DNA of 64,000 nucleotides from contig CAVPLT010000001.1 of NCBI GenBank assembly GCA_963706325.1, forward strand, positions 384,001 to 448,000. Reading direction: 5' to 3'. The notes beneath the pieces are model-generated. The model was not told the origin of the DNA, did no database searches, and saw only the letters and a program-made list of their open reading frames with translations. Source of the DNA: an uncultured Nitrospiraceae bacterium. Its GTDB lineage: Bacteria; Nitrospirota; Nitrospiria; Nitrospirales; Nitrospiraceae. Positions 10,762-21,122 of the stretch are shown piece by piece; position 1 is the stretch's first letter; each line of letters begins with the position of its first letter. The position numbers and the translations under genes are program-made.

Positions 10762-12354
10762 TTAGAGATCATTCCCTGCGTAAGACAGGTTGAAGCTCTT
10801 ATTGATCAGGGGAAAATCAGGCACGATGTTGCCAAGGGCCGCCCATTGAATCGCCGGCCAATTGACGAAGGATGGGTCGCGAACTTTACAGCGGTGAATC
10901 CGCCCCTGTTCCCCTGCCATCACCATATAGAGAATTTCGCCACGCCACCCTTCGACAGCCGAGATCGCCCACTCGCCGGGCATAGGCTGCAGCACGGGTG
11001 GAGTCGTAATCGGCCCCTCTGGTAGGCCCCGGCGGATCTCGCGAATCAGTCGGATCGACTCATGCACCTCATCCAATCGCACCCGCATCCTGGCGCGCAC
11101 ATCACCATAGCGATAGAGGATCACCTTCGGATCGAGTTCATCATAGGCGGCGAAGGGTCGATCGCGGCGAATATCTCTGTTTATCCCGGAGGCGCGGCCG
11201 ACGACGCCGATCACGGCATGGTCCCAGGCAATATGCTCCGTGAGGATGCCCGTATTCTCCAGTCGTTCCGTGAGGGAGGCGTTCGCGAACAGAATTTTCT
11301 CGATGTCGGTGAAGTCCTGCTCCAGCGCATCCAGTTCCGTTTCCACCTGCGTGAGTTGCAGCGCGGTCACGTCGATAGCCACCCCACCCACGCAATTGAC
11401 ACCCCGAAGGAAGCGTGATCCGGTCAGACGATCATTGAGCTGCATGAGCTGCTCTTTCATCCGCCCGCAGTGGGCATGGGCGACGGCATAGGCGGTATCA
11501 TTACAAATAGCCCCGACGTCGCCGATGTGATTGTGCAGCCGCTCAAGTTCCAGAACCAGACTCCGTACATAACGAGCGCGAGTCGGCACCTCCATGCCCA
11601 GCAACGTCTCGACGGCCTGGCAGTAGGCCAGACTATGGCCGACGCTCGTATCGCCGGACACGCGCTCAGACAAGGGCGCTGCATCGGTCAACTGCAGCTG
11701 CTCAAAGAGTTTTTCCACGCCACGATGTTTCCAAAAATGTCGCAGTTCAAGCTGCATGATCGGCTCACCGGCGACCGAGAATCGAAAGTGGCCGGGCTCT
11801 ATAATCCCCGCATGGATCGGACCGACGGGAACCTCAAAGACACCCTCGCCCTGTATTTTTCGAAAGGCATACTGCCCTTGAACCCGCCCCAAAGTCGTAT
11901 CCCATGGGAAGTCTTTTTTCAGCGGGTGGGAGCCTCTCGGCCAATGTTCATGGCGAACAAGCCGCCGCATATCCGGATGACCGACCGGAATCAGTCCGAA
12001 CAGATCCCGAATCTCCCGTTCGTACCACTTTGCCGCATGAAGATGCGGGGTGATCGACGGAAACTCCCGCTCATCTCCGTGGAGATCCGTCGCGAGTAGC
12101 AGCCAGTCTTTGTGTTCTGCCAACGTGAAAAGATAATAGATTTCGTACCGTGCCTCGCGAGGGCGGTGATCGACCGCCCAGATCAGAGACAGCGACGCTC
12201 GCAGACTGGGATTCGTGTGCAAAAAATAGGCGACCGTCGGCAGATCCCGCTTCTTCACTCTGAGCATCGGGATGCCGTGAACGGCGCACACCTCCGTAAT
12301 GGCCTGCGTAAACGCCACTTGCACTTGCTCGACTGCCGGACGTCCGTCGATCAC
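10762..12354 (-). CDS. hyfG: Hydrogenase-4/Ehr large subunit (fused NuoC/NuoD-like), no Ni-binding cysteines
   Basis: EREIRDLFG, VGPIHAGIIEPGHFRF, HRGVEK, ELERLHNH and EGWRGE. L1 reads RVSGDTS and L2 reads SFNLSYAGNDL, both without Cys. Confidence 0.88.
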   Translation of the reverse strand: MIDGRPAVEQVQVAFTQAITEVCAVHGIPMLRVKKRDLPTVAYFLHTNPSLRASLSLIWAVDHRPREARYEIYYLFTLAEHKDWLLLATDLHGDEREFPSITPHLHAAKWYEREIRDLFGLIPVGHPDMRRLVRHEHWPRGSHPLKKDFPWDTTLGRVQGQYAFRKIQGEGVFEVPVGPIHAGIIEPGHFRFSVAGEPIMQLELRHFWKHRGVEKLFEQLQLTDAAPLSERVSGDTSVGHSLAYCQAVETLLGMEVPTRARYVRSLVLELERLHNHIGDVGAICNDTAYAVAHAHCGRMKEQLMQLNDRLTGSRFLRGVNCVGGVAIDVTALQLTQVETELDALEQDFTDIEKILFANASLTERLENTGILTEHIAWDHAVIGVVGRASGINRDIRRDRPFAAYDELDPKVILYRYGDVRARMRVRLDEVHESIRLIREIRRGLPEGPITTPPVLQPMPGEWAISAVEGWRGEILYMVMAGEQGRIHRCKVRDPSFVNWPAIQWAALGNIVPDFPLINKSFNLSYAGNDL

Positions 12355-12358
12355 ACGA

Positions 12359-13891
12359 TCACCTCACCACAATCACGTTGACGGCTCTGGTCAGCAACGT
12401 CTGAATCGGTTCGGGAAGAATAAATCCAAGCCCCAACAATGCGACGATGATGATCATCAGCGGCACATGGCCGACGGTCCACGGTTCGCCTTGGGGAATG
12501 CCTGCTGATGGGGCGCCCCACACCATTGCCCCGACGCGATACATAAATCCACCGAACAAGACGACGCCGAAGAACAGAAGCACCGTGACGATGCCGAGGC
12601 TGCGCATCTCGTTCGAAATCGTCATTGTCATAAACCGCCCCACATGCACCGTATCGGACGCAAAGTCCTGCGCAGCCACTGCCGACACTACCAGGAGCTC
12701 GCTGACGAACGGGGAGAAGGGGGGTAATCCGACCAGCGCGCAACCGGCCACGAGAATCGCCACAGCGGTAATCGGCTGCGCACGGGCGAGTCCTCGCACT
12801 CCCTCGATCTCCAGCGTCTCGAATCGGCGGTGAATATTCCCGGCCACAAAAAAAGCCAGCGCCTTGGCTAAGGCATGATTGAGGAGGTGGAAAAGGCCGG
12901 CGAATGTGCCGACAAGCCCGCCGACCCCGAAGCCGATCATGGCCAACCCCATATGTTCGATACTTGAATAGGCAAAGAGCCGCTTGTAGTTGTGCTGAAT
13001 GAGAATGAATAGGGACGCGACGACGAATGAGAGCAGCCCGAAGGTGAGGAGCAAGTTGCCGCTGAATTCCGGAGGGAGTGTCTGGTCCACCAGGGACTTG
13101 CTGCGAAGCACCGTGTAGACCGCGACCGTCTCCAGCACCCCGGCCAACATCGCCGCAATCGGCGCCGGCGCCTCGCTGTAGGCATCGGGCAACCAGGTGT
13201 GCATAGGAACCAGTCCTACTTTCGTGCCATATCCAACGAGGATAAAAATAAATGCCAGCTTGAGGACGTTGGAATCCAATTGATTCGCCACGCCGATCAG
13301 CTCCGTCATATTCAGGGCCGAACTCGCATCGCCGAGCACTCGTACGGATGAGTAATAGGTCAGCACGACCCCGAACAGGGCGAGGGCAATGCCTACCGAA
13401 CAGAGGATCAAGTATTTCCAGCCTGCTTCGAGCGATTCTCGCTTTCTAAAAAAGGCGATCAAAAACGTCGTCGCCAGCGTCGTCCCCTCCAACGCCACCC
13501 ACTGCACCCCTAAACTATTCGCCAGCGTCGCTGCCACCATCGCGAGGAGGAACATATGGAAGAGAAAAAAGAACAGGCCTAAGCGCTTCGGCGCGATGAC
13601 CCCGCGAGCGACCTGGTCATCCATGTAGGACCACATGTAGAGCGAGCAGGACAATCCGATGGCCGTGATAATGACCAGGATGAAATCCGACAACGCATCC
13701 ACATAGACGAACGCTCCTAATGTCGTGACCGATCCTTCTGCCAATACCTGTCTGGTCAAGGCCGTCTCCGCAACGGCCAGCGCCAACATGGTCAAAAAAT
13801 TCACGACATGCAGTACGCGCGCACGTTGGATCACCAGGCTGAGCAGACCTGCGACCATCGGCCCTGCCAGTAAAACGATTACCGACCACAT
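12359..13891 (-). CDS. hyfF: Hydrogenase-4/Ehr antiporter-like membrane subunit F
   Basis: EAGWKY, GYGTKVGLVPMHTWLPDAYSEAP and KRLFAYSSIEHMG motifs. Confidence 0.88.
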   Translation of the reverse strand: MWSVIVLLAGPMVAGLLSLVIQRARVLHVVNFLTMLALAVAETALTRQVLAEGSVTTLGAFVYVDALSDFILVIITAIGLSCSLYMWSYMDDQVARGVIAPKRLGLFFFLFHMFLLAMVAATLANSLGVQWVALEGTTLATTFLIAFFRKRESLEAGWKYLILCSVGIALALFGVVLTYYSSVRVLGDASSALNMTELIGVANQLDSNVLKLAFIFILVGYGTKVGLVPMHTWLPDAYSEAPAPIAAMLAGVLETVAVYTVLRSKSLVDQTLPPEFSGNLLLTFGLLSFVVASLFILIQHNYKRLFAYSSIEHMGLAMIGFGVGGLVGTFAGLFHLLNHALAKALAFFVAGNIHRRFETLEIEGVRGLARAQPITAVAILVAGCALVGLPPFSPFVSELLVVSAVAAQDFASDTVHVGRFMTMTISNEMRSLGIVTVLLFFGVVLFGGFMYRVGAMVWGAPSAGIPQGEPWTVGHVPLMIIIVALLGLGFILPEPIQTLLTRAVNVIVVR

Positions 13892-13928
13892 GCGTCACCC
13901 ACTCGCGGAATGTTCGTCATAACAGGTC

Positions 13929-14594
13929 TCATTCCTTCAGCACTGTCAGCGTGCTGGTATCCACGCTATCGAACGCATCCTGAAGCCGATGCGTGTAAAT
14001 CCCGACGATCAATCCTGCCACTAGCACATCGAAAAACACCCCTAATTCGACGATCAACGGCATGCCGTACGCTGCCGCGGTAGCCCCTAAGAACACGCCG
14101 TTTTCCATGACCAGGAATCCGACCATTTGCGTGATCGCTTTTTGACGAGCGATCATAATGAAAAATCCGATCAAGATGATGGCCAGCGCGATGGCCAGAG
14201 AATCCCGCGTGAGAAGATATCCGAGGGGAATAATAGGCTGCGTGATGAAAAAGGCGATGATCACCAACGCTCCGCAGATCAACAGACCGGCCGGGATGTT
14301 GACATTCATTCCCAGCTCACGGGAAACATTGAGCCGCTCGATGACCTTCCGCAGAATGCGGGGCAGCACGATCACTTTGATCACGACGGTTAGGGCCGCC
14401 GCGAGGTAGATGTGCCGGTGTCCGGTGAGAAACGCCACAAGGGCAGCCGTCGCCGCAAGAAAGGCGGATTGAAGCGCAAACAGATCCACACAGGCAGACA
14501 GCCGACGCTGCGCCACAATGGCAAAACAACACAGCAGCAGCAGGACCGAGCAGAGGTCCACAAGCTGCGAACCGAGAGGCGTCGAAACCGGCAC
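13929..14594 (-). CDS. hyfE: Hydrogenase-4/Ehr membrane subunit E
   Basis: Polytopic; MENG and GMPLIVELG..FDVL motifs; operon position. Confidence 0.85.
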   Translation of the reverse strand: MPVSTPLGSQLVDLCSVLLLLCCFAIVAQRRLSACVDLFALQSAFLAATAALVAFLTGHRHIYLAAALTVVIKVIVLPRILRKVIERLNVSRELGMNVNIPAGLLICGALVIIAFFITQPIIPLGYLLTRDSLAIALAIILIGFFIMIARQKAITQMVGFLVMENGVFLGATAAAYGMPLIVELGVFFDVLVAGLIVGIYTHRLQDAFDSVDTSTLTVLKE

Positions 14595-14598
14595 CGCA

Positions 14599-15555
14599 TT
14601 ACCCCTTCAACGTATAAAAGAACACCAGCGCGAGCAGCGACAGGATGAAGGCCGCGCCCAACAATTCCGGCACTCGAAACAATCGCAATTTGGCGAACAT
14701 CGATTCGATCACGCCGATTATGACGGCGAGCCCTGCCACCTTCGCCAGATACACCATGAGACCCACTGCAATGGCTGCCGGAGTCAGGCTTGTGGCGATT
14801 CCCCAAGGCGCGAACACGTTCACGAGCAACGTCAGAAACACCAGCAACTTAATCCCTGCAGCCCATTCCATCAGCGCCAGGTAGCGGCCTGAATACTCGA
14901 GCAGCATGGCTTCGTGGATCATCGTCAGCTCAAGGTGCGTCGCAGGGTTATCCACCGGCACACGGCCGGTCTCCGCAAGCGTCACGATGAATAACGCGGC
15001 GAAGGCCATTAAATGCGCCGGCGGAGCCACGACGACCCCTTCCATTAACGCGGACTGGTGAACGATGGTGCTCAAGTTCGTGGAGCCTGCCGTCAGCGCA
15101 ATGGCGAGGATAGACAACATCATGGCCGGTTCAGCCAGCGTCGCGATGATCGCTTCGCGGCTGCTTCCCATACCACCGAAAGCCGATCCTGCGTCGAGCC
15201 CAGCCAGGATCAGGAAAAAGGTTCCCAACGCCAATAGGTAGACGAGGGCGATGATGTTCCCGGCAAAATTGAGCGGCGTGCGAGAGATAAACACCGGCAT
15301 CAACAACCCGGCCGCCACCGTCGAGGCGAAGACCACGAAGGGAGCCGCCGTAAAGATCCATGAGGTCGTCGATGAGATCACCGGCTGTTTCCGGAATAAC
15401 TTGGCCAGGTCGGCATAGGGCTGAAAAATGCTTGCCCCTCGGCGGCATTGCAGACGTGCCTTGACCTTTCGAATCAGGCCGACGACGAACGGAGACAGGG
15501 CCAGCAACAGACCGAGCTGAACGGCGACCAATAAGACTTGCATGATCGGCTGCAT
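14599..15555 (-). CDS. hyfC: Hydrogenase-4/Ehr membrane subunit C (NuoH/HycD-like)
   Basis: RKVKARLQ.RRG, QPYADLAKLF.K, GSSRE and ETGRVPVDNP.THLELTMIHE. Confidence 0.9.
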   Translation of the reverse strand: MQPIMQVLLVAVQLGLLLALSPFVVGLIRKVKARLQCRRGASIFQPYADLAKLFRKQPVISSTTSWIFTAAPFVVFASTVAAGLLMPVFISRTPLNFAGNIIALVYLLALGTFFLILAGLDAGSAFGGMGSSREAIIATLAEPAMMLSILAIALTAGSTNLSTIVHQSALMEGVVVAPPAHLMAFAALFIVTLAETGRVPVDNPATHLELTMIHEAMLLEYSGRYLALMEWAAGIKLLVFLTLLVNVFAPWGIATSLTPAAIAVGLMVYLAKVAGLAVIIGVIESMFAKLRLFRVPELLGAAFILSLLALVFFYTLKG

Positions 15556-15617
15556 GTTTCTCGTGATTCAGCGATCGGACAACTCGGCACAGGCCGTGCC
15601 CAATTCGTCGCTTGTCT

Positions 15618-17645
15618 CTACCCGGCCCATAACAACAACAGCACCAGCGTCACAAAGATATACGTGAGATACAGATGGAGACTGCCGGCCTGAATGATGC
15701 GCAGCCGATCGGCCGTCGCCAGCAGAAATGTCACGACCGGCCTATATAGATATTTCTCGAAAAGCGGCTCGATGTGGAACTCGAACCGCTGGTGCTTGAT
15801 GAAATACTTCGATTGCTCCAGAAACTCCGTCTCCAGCTTCACCGTCGGCTGATAGATGGTCTCGAATACCTGCTTAATCGGTTGCGCGAAGCCGGTCGCG
15901 GTGTATTCCATCCGAGGCGTGAGATTCAGCCCGCAACCCCACGTCTTGTAGTAGCGCGCCCGCCGGCCCGTTCCGCATAGTCTGGCAATCAGCAGCCCCA
16001 AGGCTCCCGCCCCAGCCAGGAGCAGGGCGAGCACCGGCGTCGAGATGCTTGAAAATTCCACATTCACCGGCGCCACGACCCAGCCGTCGAGAGCCAACAC
16101 TTGCGAACTGATCGCCACGCCCGTCAGCGGAGCCGTGATCCGGTCCAACAACGGAACGACCAGCATAGGCGCCAGCCCAAGAACGATACATCCCCCGGCC
16201 AAGAGGCCCATTCCAACCCGCATTGACAACGGCACTTCCGTCGCATGGCGAGCATGCGTGCTACGCGGCTGCGCCAGAAACGACATGCCGAAGGCCTTCG
16301 CGAAACAAGCTAGCGCCAGCGCCCCCGTCAGGGCCAGCATCGCGGCAGCAATCGGCAACATCAGCTTGAGAAAGAGGGTCGGCAGCTGAAAGCTGAGAAA
16401 CAGACTTTGAAAGACCAGCCACTCGCTCACGAATCCGTTGCTGGGCGGCAACGCGGCGATGGACATCGCGCCGATCAGAAAAAAGGCCCCGGTCCAGGGC
16501 ATGCGCCGGAGCAAGCCGCCATACTCCTCAATGTTTCTCGTATGCGTGGCGAACTGCAACGCTCCGGCGCCCAGGAATAGCAGCGCCTTAAACGCCGCAT
16601 GATTGATGGTGTGGTAAAGACCGGCCAGCAAGCCGAGCGCCGCCAGTTCATGCAAGCCATAGGTATGGAAAATCATCGCCGCGCCAATACCCAGGAGGAT
16701 GATGCCGATGTTTTCTACGCTGTGATAGGCAAGCAGGCTCTTCAAGTCGTGTTCCATCAGCGCATACATGACACCCAAGAGCGCGGACACTGCTCCGATC
16801 ACGAGCACCGTGAAGCCCCACCACCAGGGAAATTGTCCACCCAGGAAATCGAAGTACACCCGGATCAACCCATAGATGGCCGTCTTGATCATGACCCCTG
16901 ACATCAACGCCGACACGTGCGACGGGGCAGCCGGATGCGCGTAAGGCAACCACACGTGCAGCGGGACGATGCCGGCCTTTGCGCCGAATCCGATCAACGC
17001 CGTGAAGAAGGCGAGCGATCGCAAGCCTTCGGGAAACTGTTGATCGGGCTGACGAAACGCTGTGAATGCAAACGAGCCGGTTTCTTGGAAAAAGATCAGG
17101 AACGTGAGGATGATGAACGCGGTCCCGACATGCGTCATGATCACATAGAACAACCCCGCTTCGCGCACACCCGGCTTCTCGTGCTCGGTCACAACCAGGA
17201 CATAGGAGAGGAGTGACATGACTTCCCACAAGATCAGGAAGAAGAAGCCGTTGTCGGCCAGAACCACTAGGGTCATGGAGAGGAGAAACCCGTTCAGGAG
17301 GGAGCCCAGCAACGTGAGGGAGATTCGATCGGAGAACTCGCCTACGTATCCCAGCGCATAAATCGACGCGGCCAGGCCCACCAGCGAGATGGTGAGGACG
17401 AAAAAGGCCGCCAGGGGATCAAGACGAAACGCAAAGATGAGGTGCGGAATGTTGGACGCGAATGAAACGGTCAAAGGTTCGGCGGCGACGAGACCTGCAA
17501 GACCCAGGACGATTCCCGCGAGGCCCGCGGCGGTGGCGCAGCCATGGGCCAGAAGGTTTTGTAGGCTGAGACGCCCCGGTACGCAGAGGGGTAACAGTGC
17601 CCCCATGAGGTAACAGGCTAGAAGAACGGTCAGGAGGGCGGTCAT
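15618..17645 (-). CDS. hyfB: Hydrogenase-4/Ehr antiporter-like subunit B
   Basis: WEVMSL, KAGIVPLHVWLP.AHPAAPS, LLAYHSVENIG and WGCG...RMEYTA motifs. Confidence 0.9.
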   Translation of the reverse strand: MTALLTVLLACYLMGALLPLCVPGRLSLQNLLAHGCATAAGLAGIVLGLAGLVAAEPLTVSFASNIPHLIFAFRLDPLAAFFVLTISLVGLAASIYALGYVGEFSDRISLTLLGSLLNGFLLSMTLVVLADNGFFFLILWEVMSLLSYVLVVTEHEKPGVREAGLFYVIMTHVGTAFIILTFLIFFQETGSFAFTAFRQPDQQFPEGLRSLAFFTALIGFGAKAGIVPLHVWLPYAHPAAPSHVSALMSGVMIKTAIYGLIRVYFDFLGGQFPWWWGFTVLVIGAVSALLGVMYALMEHDLKSLLAYHSVENIGIILLGIGAAMIFHTYGLHELAALGLLAGLYHTINHAAFKALLFLGAGALQFATHTRNIEEYGGLLRRMPWTGAFFLIGAMSIAALPPSNGFVSEWLVFQSLFLSFQLPTLFLKLMLPIAAAMLALTGALALACFAKAFGMSFLAQPRSTHARHATEVPLSMRVGMGLLAGGCIVLGLAPMLVVPLLDRITAPLTGVAISSQVLALDGWVVAPVNVEFSSISTPVLALLLAGAGALGLLIARLCGTGRRARYYKTWGCGLNLTPRMEYTATGFAQPIKQVFETIYQPTVKLETEFLEQSKYFIKHQRFEFHIEPLFEKYLYRPVVTFLLATADRLRIIQAGSLHLYLTYIFVTLVLLLLWAG

Positions 17646-17901
17646 TACGACGCTACCCTATTCTCACGCGCAGCATCGCAGTGCTCACCGAAGACTCAAG
17701 AGACACGTCAGCTCTTGCATTTGTCAAAGTACGATGGAAATCAGTCGCTTCTTCTTTCCATTTATCATCTTCTTTCGATCTGCGCAACTTGATGATGTAG
17801 ATCGATCAGCAAACACGACTCAGGCGTACCACGGACAGCCGGTGCATTCGTCGGATTACGCAACCTGTAGGAAATGAGCGCCAGATGAGAATTGTAACGG
17901 C

Positions 17902-18384
17902 TTACTGCTTTGCATCGCCTAACACGCACCACACACGACGCATGCCGGATTTTTGATCGGTCACTGGCTGGCCGGACAAGAAGCTCAGCTGCCAGGCGAC
18001 GATGTCATCGGTAGGATGAGCAGTGGAGGTCCAGTAGATTCCGGATTTGATATTGCGAAAGGGATGACCCGCCGGCAGCGAAGGATCTTGTTGATCGAGA
18101 TCGACTAACGTTTTGATCTCGTCGATGCTCGGCGCGCGCCAGCCCTGCCGGCCACCGACACTTTTTGTCGCGCACCGGGCGACGGAGCGATCCCAGACAT
18201 CGAAAATGTAATCCGGCTCCCGTTCCCAAATCAGGCCGCTGGCAGAATCTTTCACCGCCTCGCCGTCCAGGATCAACACAAACCGCGAGGAACTCTCCTC
18301 GCCATAGGCCAAACCCGGCATATGGCCGGCGCAAAGCAATAAAAGGGCGGCAGAAACCCAGCCCCACATCGACAACGTGCGCAT
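17902..18384 (-). CDS. Exported DUF1566 (Lcl C-terminal) domain protein
   Basis: Signal peptide; D..SGLIWE, WR.P...E...L, YWTST and VWCV pattern. Confidence 0.8.
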   Translation of the reverse strand: MRTLSMWGWVSAALLLLCAGHMPGLAYGEESSSRFVLILDGEAVKDSASGLIWEREPDYIFDVWDRSVARCATKSVGGRQGWRAPSIDEIKTLVDLDQQDPSLPAGHPFRNIKSGIYWTSTAHPTDDIVAWQLSFLSGQPVTDQKSGMRRVWCVLGDAKQ

Positions 18385-18445
18385 GGCGGGACAGTGTGCC
18401 CGATGTGTCGGGTCTTTTCAAGAAAGAGCCCGGTCGAACGAGAGA

Positions 18446-19174
18446 CTACCAGTCCAGCCGCCGATACTGACGCAGGAGGAGCATTGCGCCCCACAACAAC
18501 GCGAGAAGCATCAACACCGTCCCGATGCCGTATGACAGCTGCGCCAGACGATGGTCATGTGGCAGCCAGCCGAGCATGCTAAGGAGATTGTTCCAGTCAT
18601 GCGCATCGACCTCCTGTCCGGTGAACCCCCCGAGCAGTATCAGTTCCATCGCGCGAGCATCGTTGATATACGGCGCGAGGTCCATGAAGTTTTCGGCCAT
18701 CCACCAAAGCGCAACCGAGGCGCCGAATGGATCGCGAGTCTTCCACACAAATGTGACCAGACAGACGAACGGCATGAGGATCTGCCCGAGACTGCCGCCC
18801 AGGATGGTCATGAACCGCCCGAAGGGCATGAACAGCAAATGACCTGCTTCGTGAAACGGCAGATTGACCAAATGCAAAAAGGATTCGCCCGTGTAGTTCG
18901 AATCAAGAGGGGTCGTGATGAACTTCCAGGCCCAAAGCGCCAAGACAACAAATACCAGCATCCTCCCAGCGAAGTAGAAGGGATTCACCGACTCCTCCAC
19001 CGTGAGAAGCCAGTCCTTAGCCAGAGTCAACCAGATGGGTTCTTGGATCGGTAGGTGATGAAACGTAGCGGCAGCGCGTCGTGGCGAAGCCACAAACTTC
19101 GAGAAAATGATTCCGCACCGGTCACACTCAACGCCACCATCGCCCTGTTCCCATGCGCATTTCGGGCAATGCAT
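18446..19174 (-). CDS. Zinc-ribbon plus membrane protein with HExxH motif (M50B-like peptidase)
   Basis: CPKC..CDRC at the N-terminus; FHEAGH, GGSLGQ and HDW in the TM region. Confidence 0.7.
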   Translation of the reverse strand: MHCPKCAWEQGDGGVECDRCGIIFSKFVASPRRAAATFHHLPIQEPIWLTLAKDWLLTVEESVNPFYFAGRMLVFVVLALWAWKFITTPLDSNYTGESFLHLVNLPFHEAGHLLFMPFGRFMTILGGSLGQILMPFVCLVTFVWKTRDPFGASVALWWMAENFMDLAPYINDARAMELILLGGFTGQEVDAHDWNNLLSMLGWLPHDHRLAQLSYGIGTVLMLLALLWGAMLLLRQYRRLDW

Positions 19175-19177
19175 CGG

Positions 19178-20137
19178 TCAGCGGAGCACAAATGGTTCCC
19201 AGGAAAACGTCATCGCGAAGATGGCCAATGCAATCCATCCAACCATCAGGCGAGCGCCTCCCAATTCACGATCGGGATTCAGGACCGGCGGATGCGCTAG
19301 CCCCATGATCCCGACCAACCCCACCCACAAGAACCAACCCTTCCACCCCAACCAACCGAACAGCATGAGGATCGGCACGAGCGCGACCGCCACACTACGC
19401 TGCCTCGGGCCCCACATCGCGTACGCCACGTGGCCGCCGTCGAGTTGGCCGATCGGCAGCAGGTTGAGCGAGGTGATAAAAAGCCCGAACCAGGCCGCAA
19501 ACCCGACCGGGTGCAGCACCACATCCGCTGTGGGCGAGAGCGGACCAATCACCAGCCATGACACAAACTGCAACAGCAGCGGTTCTCCCAGATGGAGACC
19601 ATAGCTGGTCTGAGTCGGAACCACTGTCGAGAGTCGGAGACCGATCACCAATGCGACAACCGCGACCACGAACCCGGCGATCGGGCCGGCCACACCGATA
19701 TCGAACAAGGCACGGCGGTCCGTCAAAGGCGCACGCATGCGGATAATGGCGCCGAACGTGCCGACAAAATGCGGCAGGCCCGGCACGAACAATGGGAGTG
19801 AAGTCGGCACACCATGGATGCGTGAGAGGACGTAGTGGCCGAGCTCGTGCGTCACCAATATGCCAAGGAGGGTTGCAGCAAACGGGATCCCTCGCCAGAT
19901 GGCCAGCGGATCGTTGACAAGAAAGTTCCAGGGACCGACGAGAGGATTGGTATTGGTCTGGTAGGCCCCGGCCCACAACACGGTACACACCGTCAGCAGA
20001 AACAAGAGCCCAGGCAGTATCACCGTGGAGAAAAACGGCCGTTCTTCATCGACCCACTCGTCCTCTTCGCTGTCATCGGAAGAAACAGGAATCACGTGAC
20101 CTGAAGACCGATTCAGCCCCGACTCGTCACGGTGCAT
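19178..20137 (-). CDS. Site-2 protease (M50 family)
   Basis: HELGH, GTFGA, AGPIAG and NLLPIGQLDGGH motifs. Confidence 0.92.
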   Translation of the reverse strand: MHRDESGLNRSSGHVIPVSSDDSEEDEWVDEERPFFSTVILPGLLFLLTVCTVLWAGAYQTNTNPLVGPWNFLVNDPLAIWRGIPFAATLLGILVTHELGHYVLSRIHGVPTSLPLFVPGLPHFVGTFGAIIRMRAPLTDRRALFDIGVAGPIAGFVVAVVALVIGLRLSTVVPTQTSYGLHLGEPLLLQFVSWLVIGPLSPTADVVLHPVGFAAWFGLFITSLNLLPIGQLDGGHVAYAMWGPRQRSVAVALVPILMLFGWLGWKGWFLWVGLVGIMGLAHPPVLNPDRELGGARLMVGWIALAIFAMTFSWEPFVLR

Positions 20138-20152
20138 GGAGCCCCTCTAACG

Positions 20153-20989
20153 TTACGCGGCGAACGGATTGTGGAGCAGTTCTTCTCGGACGGTGGTAGC
20201 GGGCCCATGGCCAGGAAAGAGCAGTGTATCAGAGGGCAGTCTCAGCACGCGCCCACGGACGGATTCAAGATGAGTCTGGTACAGCCCGGCAGGATTCGAA
20301 CGACCGATCGAACCGGCGAACAGCGTGTCGCCCACGAAACAGATGGGCGCGCCTGCCTGTTCCACGCGGTAACAGACTCCACCAGGCGTATGACCTGGAG
20401 TCGTCATGAACCGCACCGTCAGCCCGCCTACCTCTAGCATCCCGCCGTCCCTTGGCACAGTCTGTACATTCGGTGAAGGGTGCCAACCGAGGAGGTCAAG
20501 ATCGTCAGGGCCAAGATAGATCGGCACCGGATACGCCTTGAGGATCGCTTCAATCCCCTCCGCATGATCGGAATGACCGTGCGTCAGGCAAATCGCTCGC
20601 AAGCGAAGCTTCCGCTTGACTAGCAGTTCCAACATCCCGCTTGGATTGTAGGCCGTATCGATCAGGATGGCCTCGCCTCGATCATGAACAATGTACCCTT
20701 TGACCTCGTATCCGCCGATGGAGCCATGGACGGTTTCCACATGGTCCATTGAGGCAGGCACAACATGGGGAACCCAACCCTCGGCGACCTGTGAAAGCGG
20801 CTCCTCTCTCAAACCAAGCGCGCGAGCCACCGCCTGCACCTGCTCGCGACCACGCGGGGCCTGGCCGCGCTCCAGCTCAGTCAGTTCGACTTCCGGCAAA
20901 CTGCTTGCGCGGGCGACATCGGCAACCGACCGCTGCTGCCCCGTCCGAGCCTTCTTCAGAATATCGCTCAGTTCGTCTTCAAGTGGCAT
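20153..20989 (-). CDS. MBL-fold hydrolase (glyoxalase II-like) with N-terminal XRE-like HTH
   Basis: THGHSDH, TPGHT.G, GDTLF and PGHG; N-terminal KARTGQQRSVADVAR...ELERG helix-turn-helix pattern. Confidence 0.85.
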   Translation of the reverse strand: MPLEDELSDILKKARTGQQRSVADVARASSLPEVELTELERGQAPRGREQVQAVARALGLREEPLSQVAEGWVPHVVPASMDHVETVHGSIGGYEVKGYIVHDRGEAILIDTAYNPSGMLELLVKRKLRLRAICLTHGHSDHAEGIEAILKAYPVPIYLGPDDLDLLGWHPSPNVQTVPRDGGMLEVGGLTVRFMTTPGHTPGGVCYRVEQAGAPICFVGDTLFAGSIGRSNPAGLYQTHLESVRGRVLRLPSDTLLFPGHGPATTVREELLHNPFAA

Positions 20990-21122
20990 GACATCCAATC
21001 TGTGCAAGAAGCAACAACGTGTCTCGAACGTTCAATACATGCTTCCGATACCTCTCCACCACGCCACGCTGTTGCCGGAAGAGGAACGTGAGAAAACACC
21101 GTTACGCCGGGCGTAACTACAA

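Noticed and set aside
10188..17645. Functional [NiFe] hydrogenase or formate hydrogenlyase
   Set aside because: The large subunit lacks both CxxC Ni-binding motifs, and no maturation or fdh genes are in the window.
17734..17761. ATGGAAA-N14-TTTCCAT inverted repeat upstream of hyfB as an operator
   Set aside because: The 7-bp arms lie in an AT-rich tract; it cannot be assigned to a regulator without comparative data.
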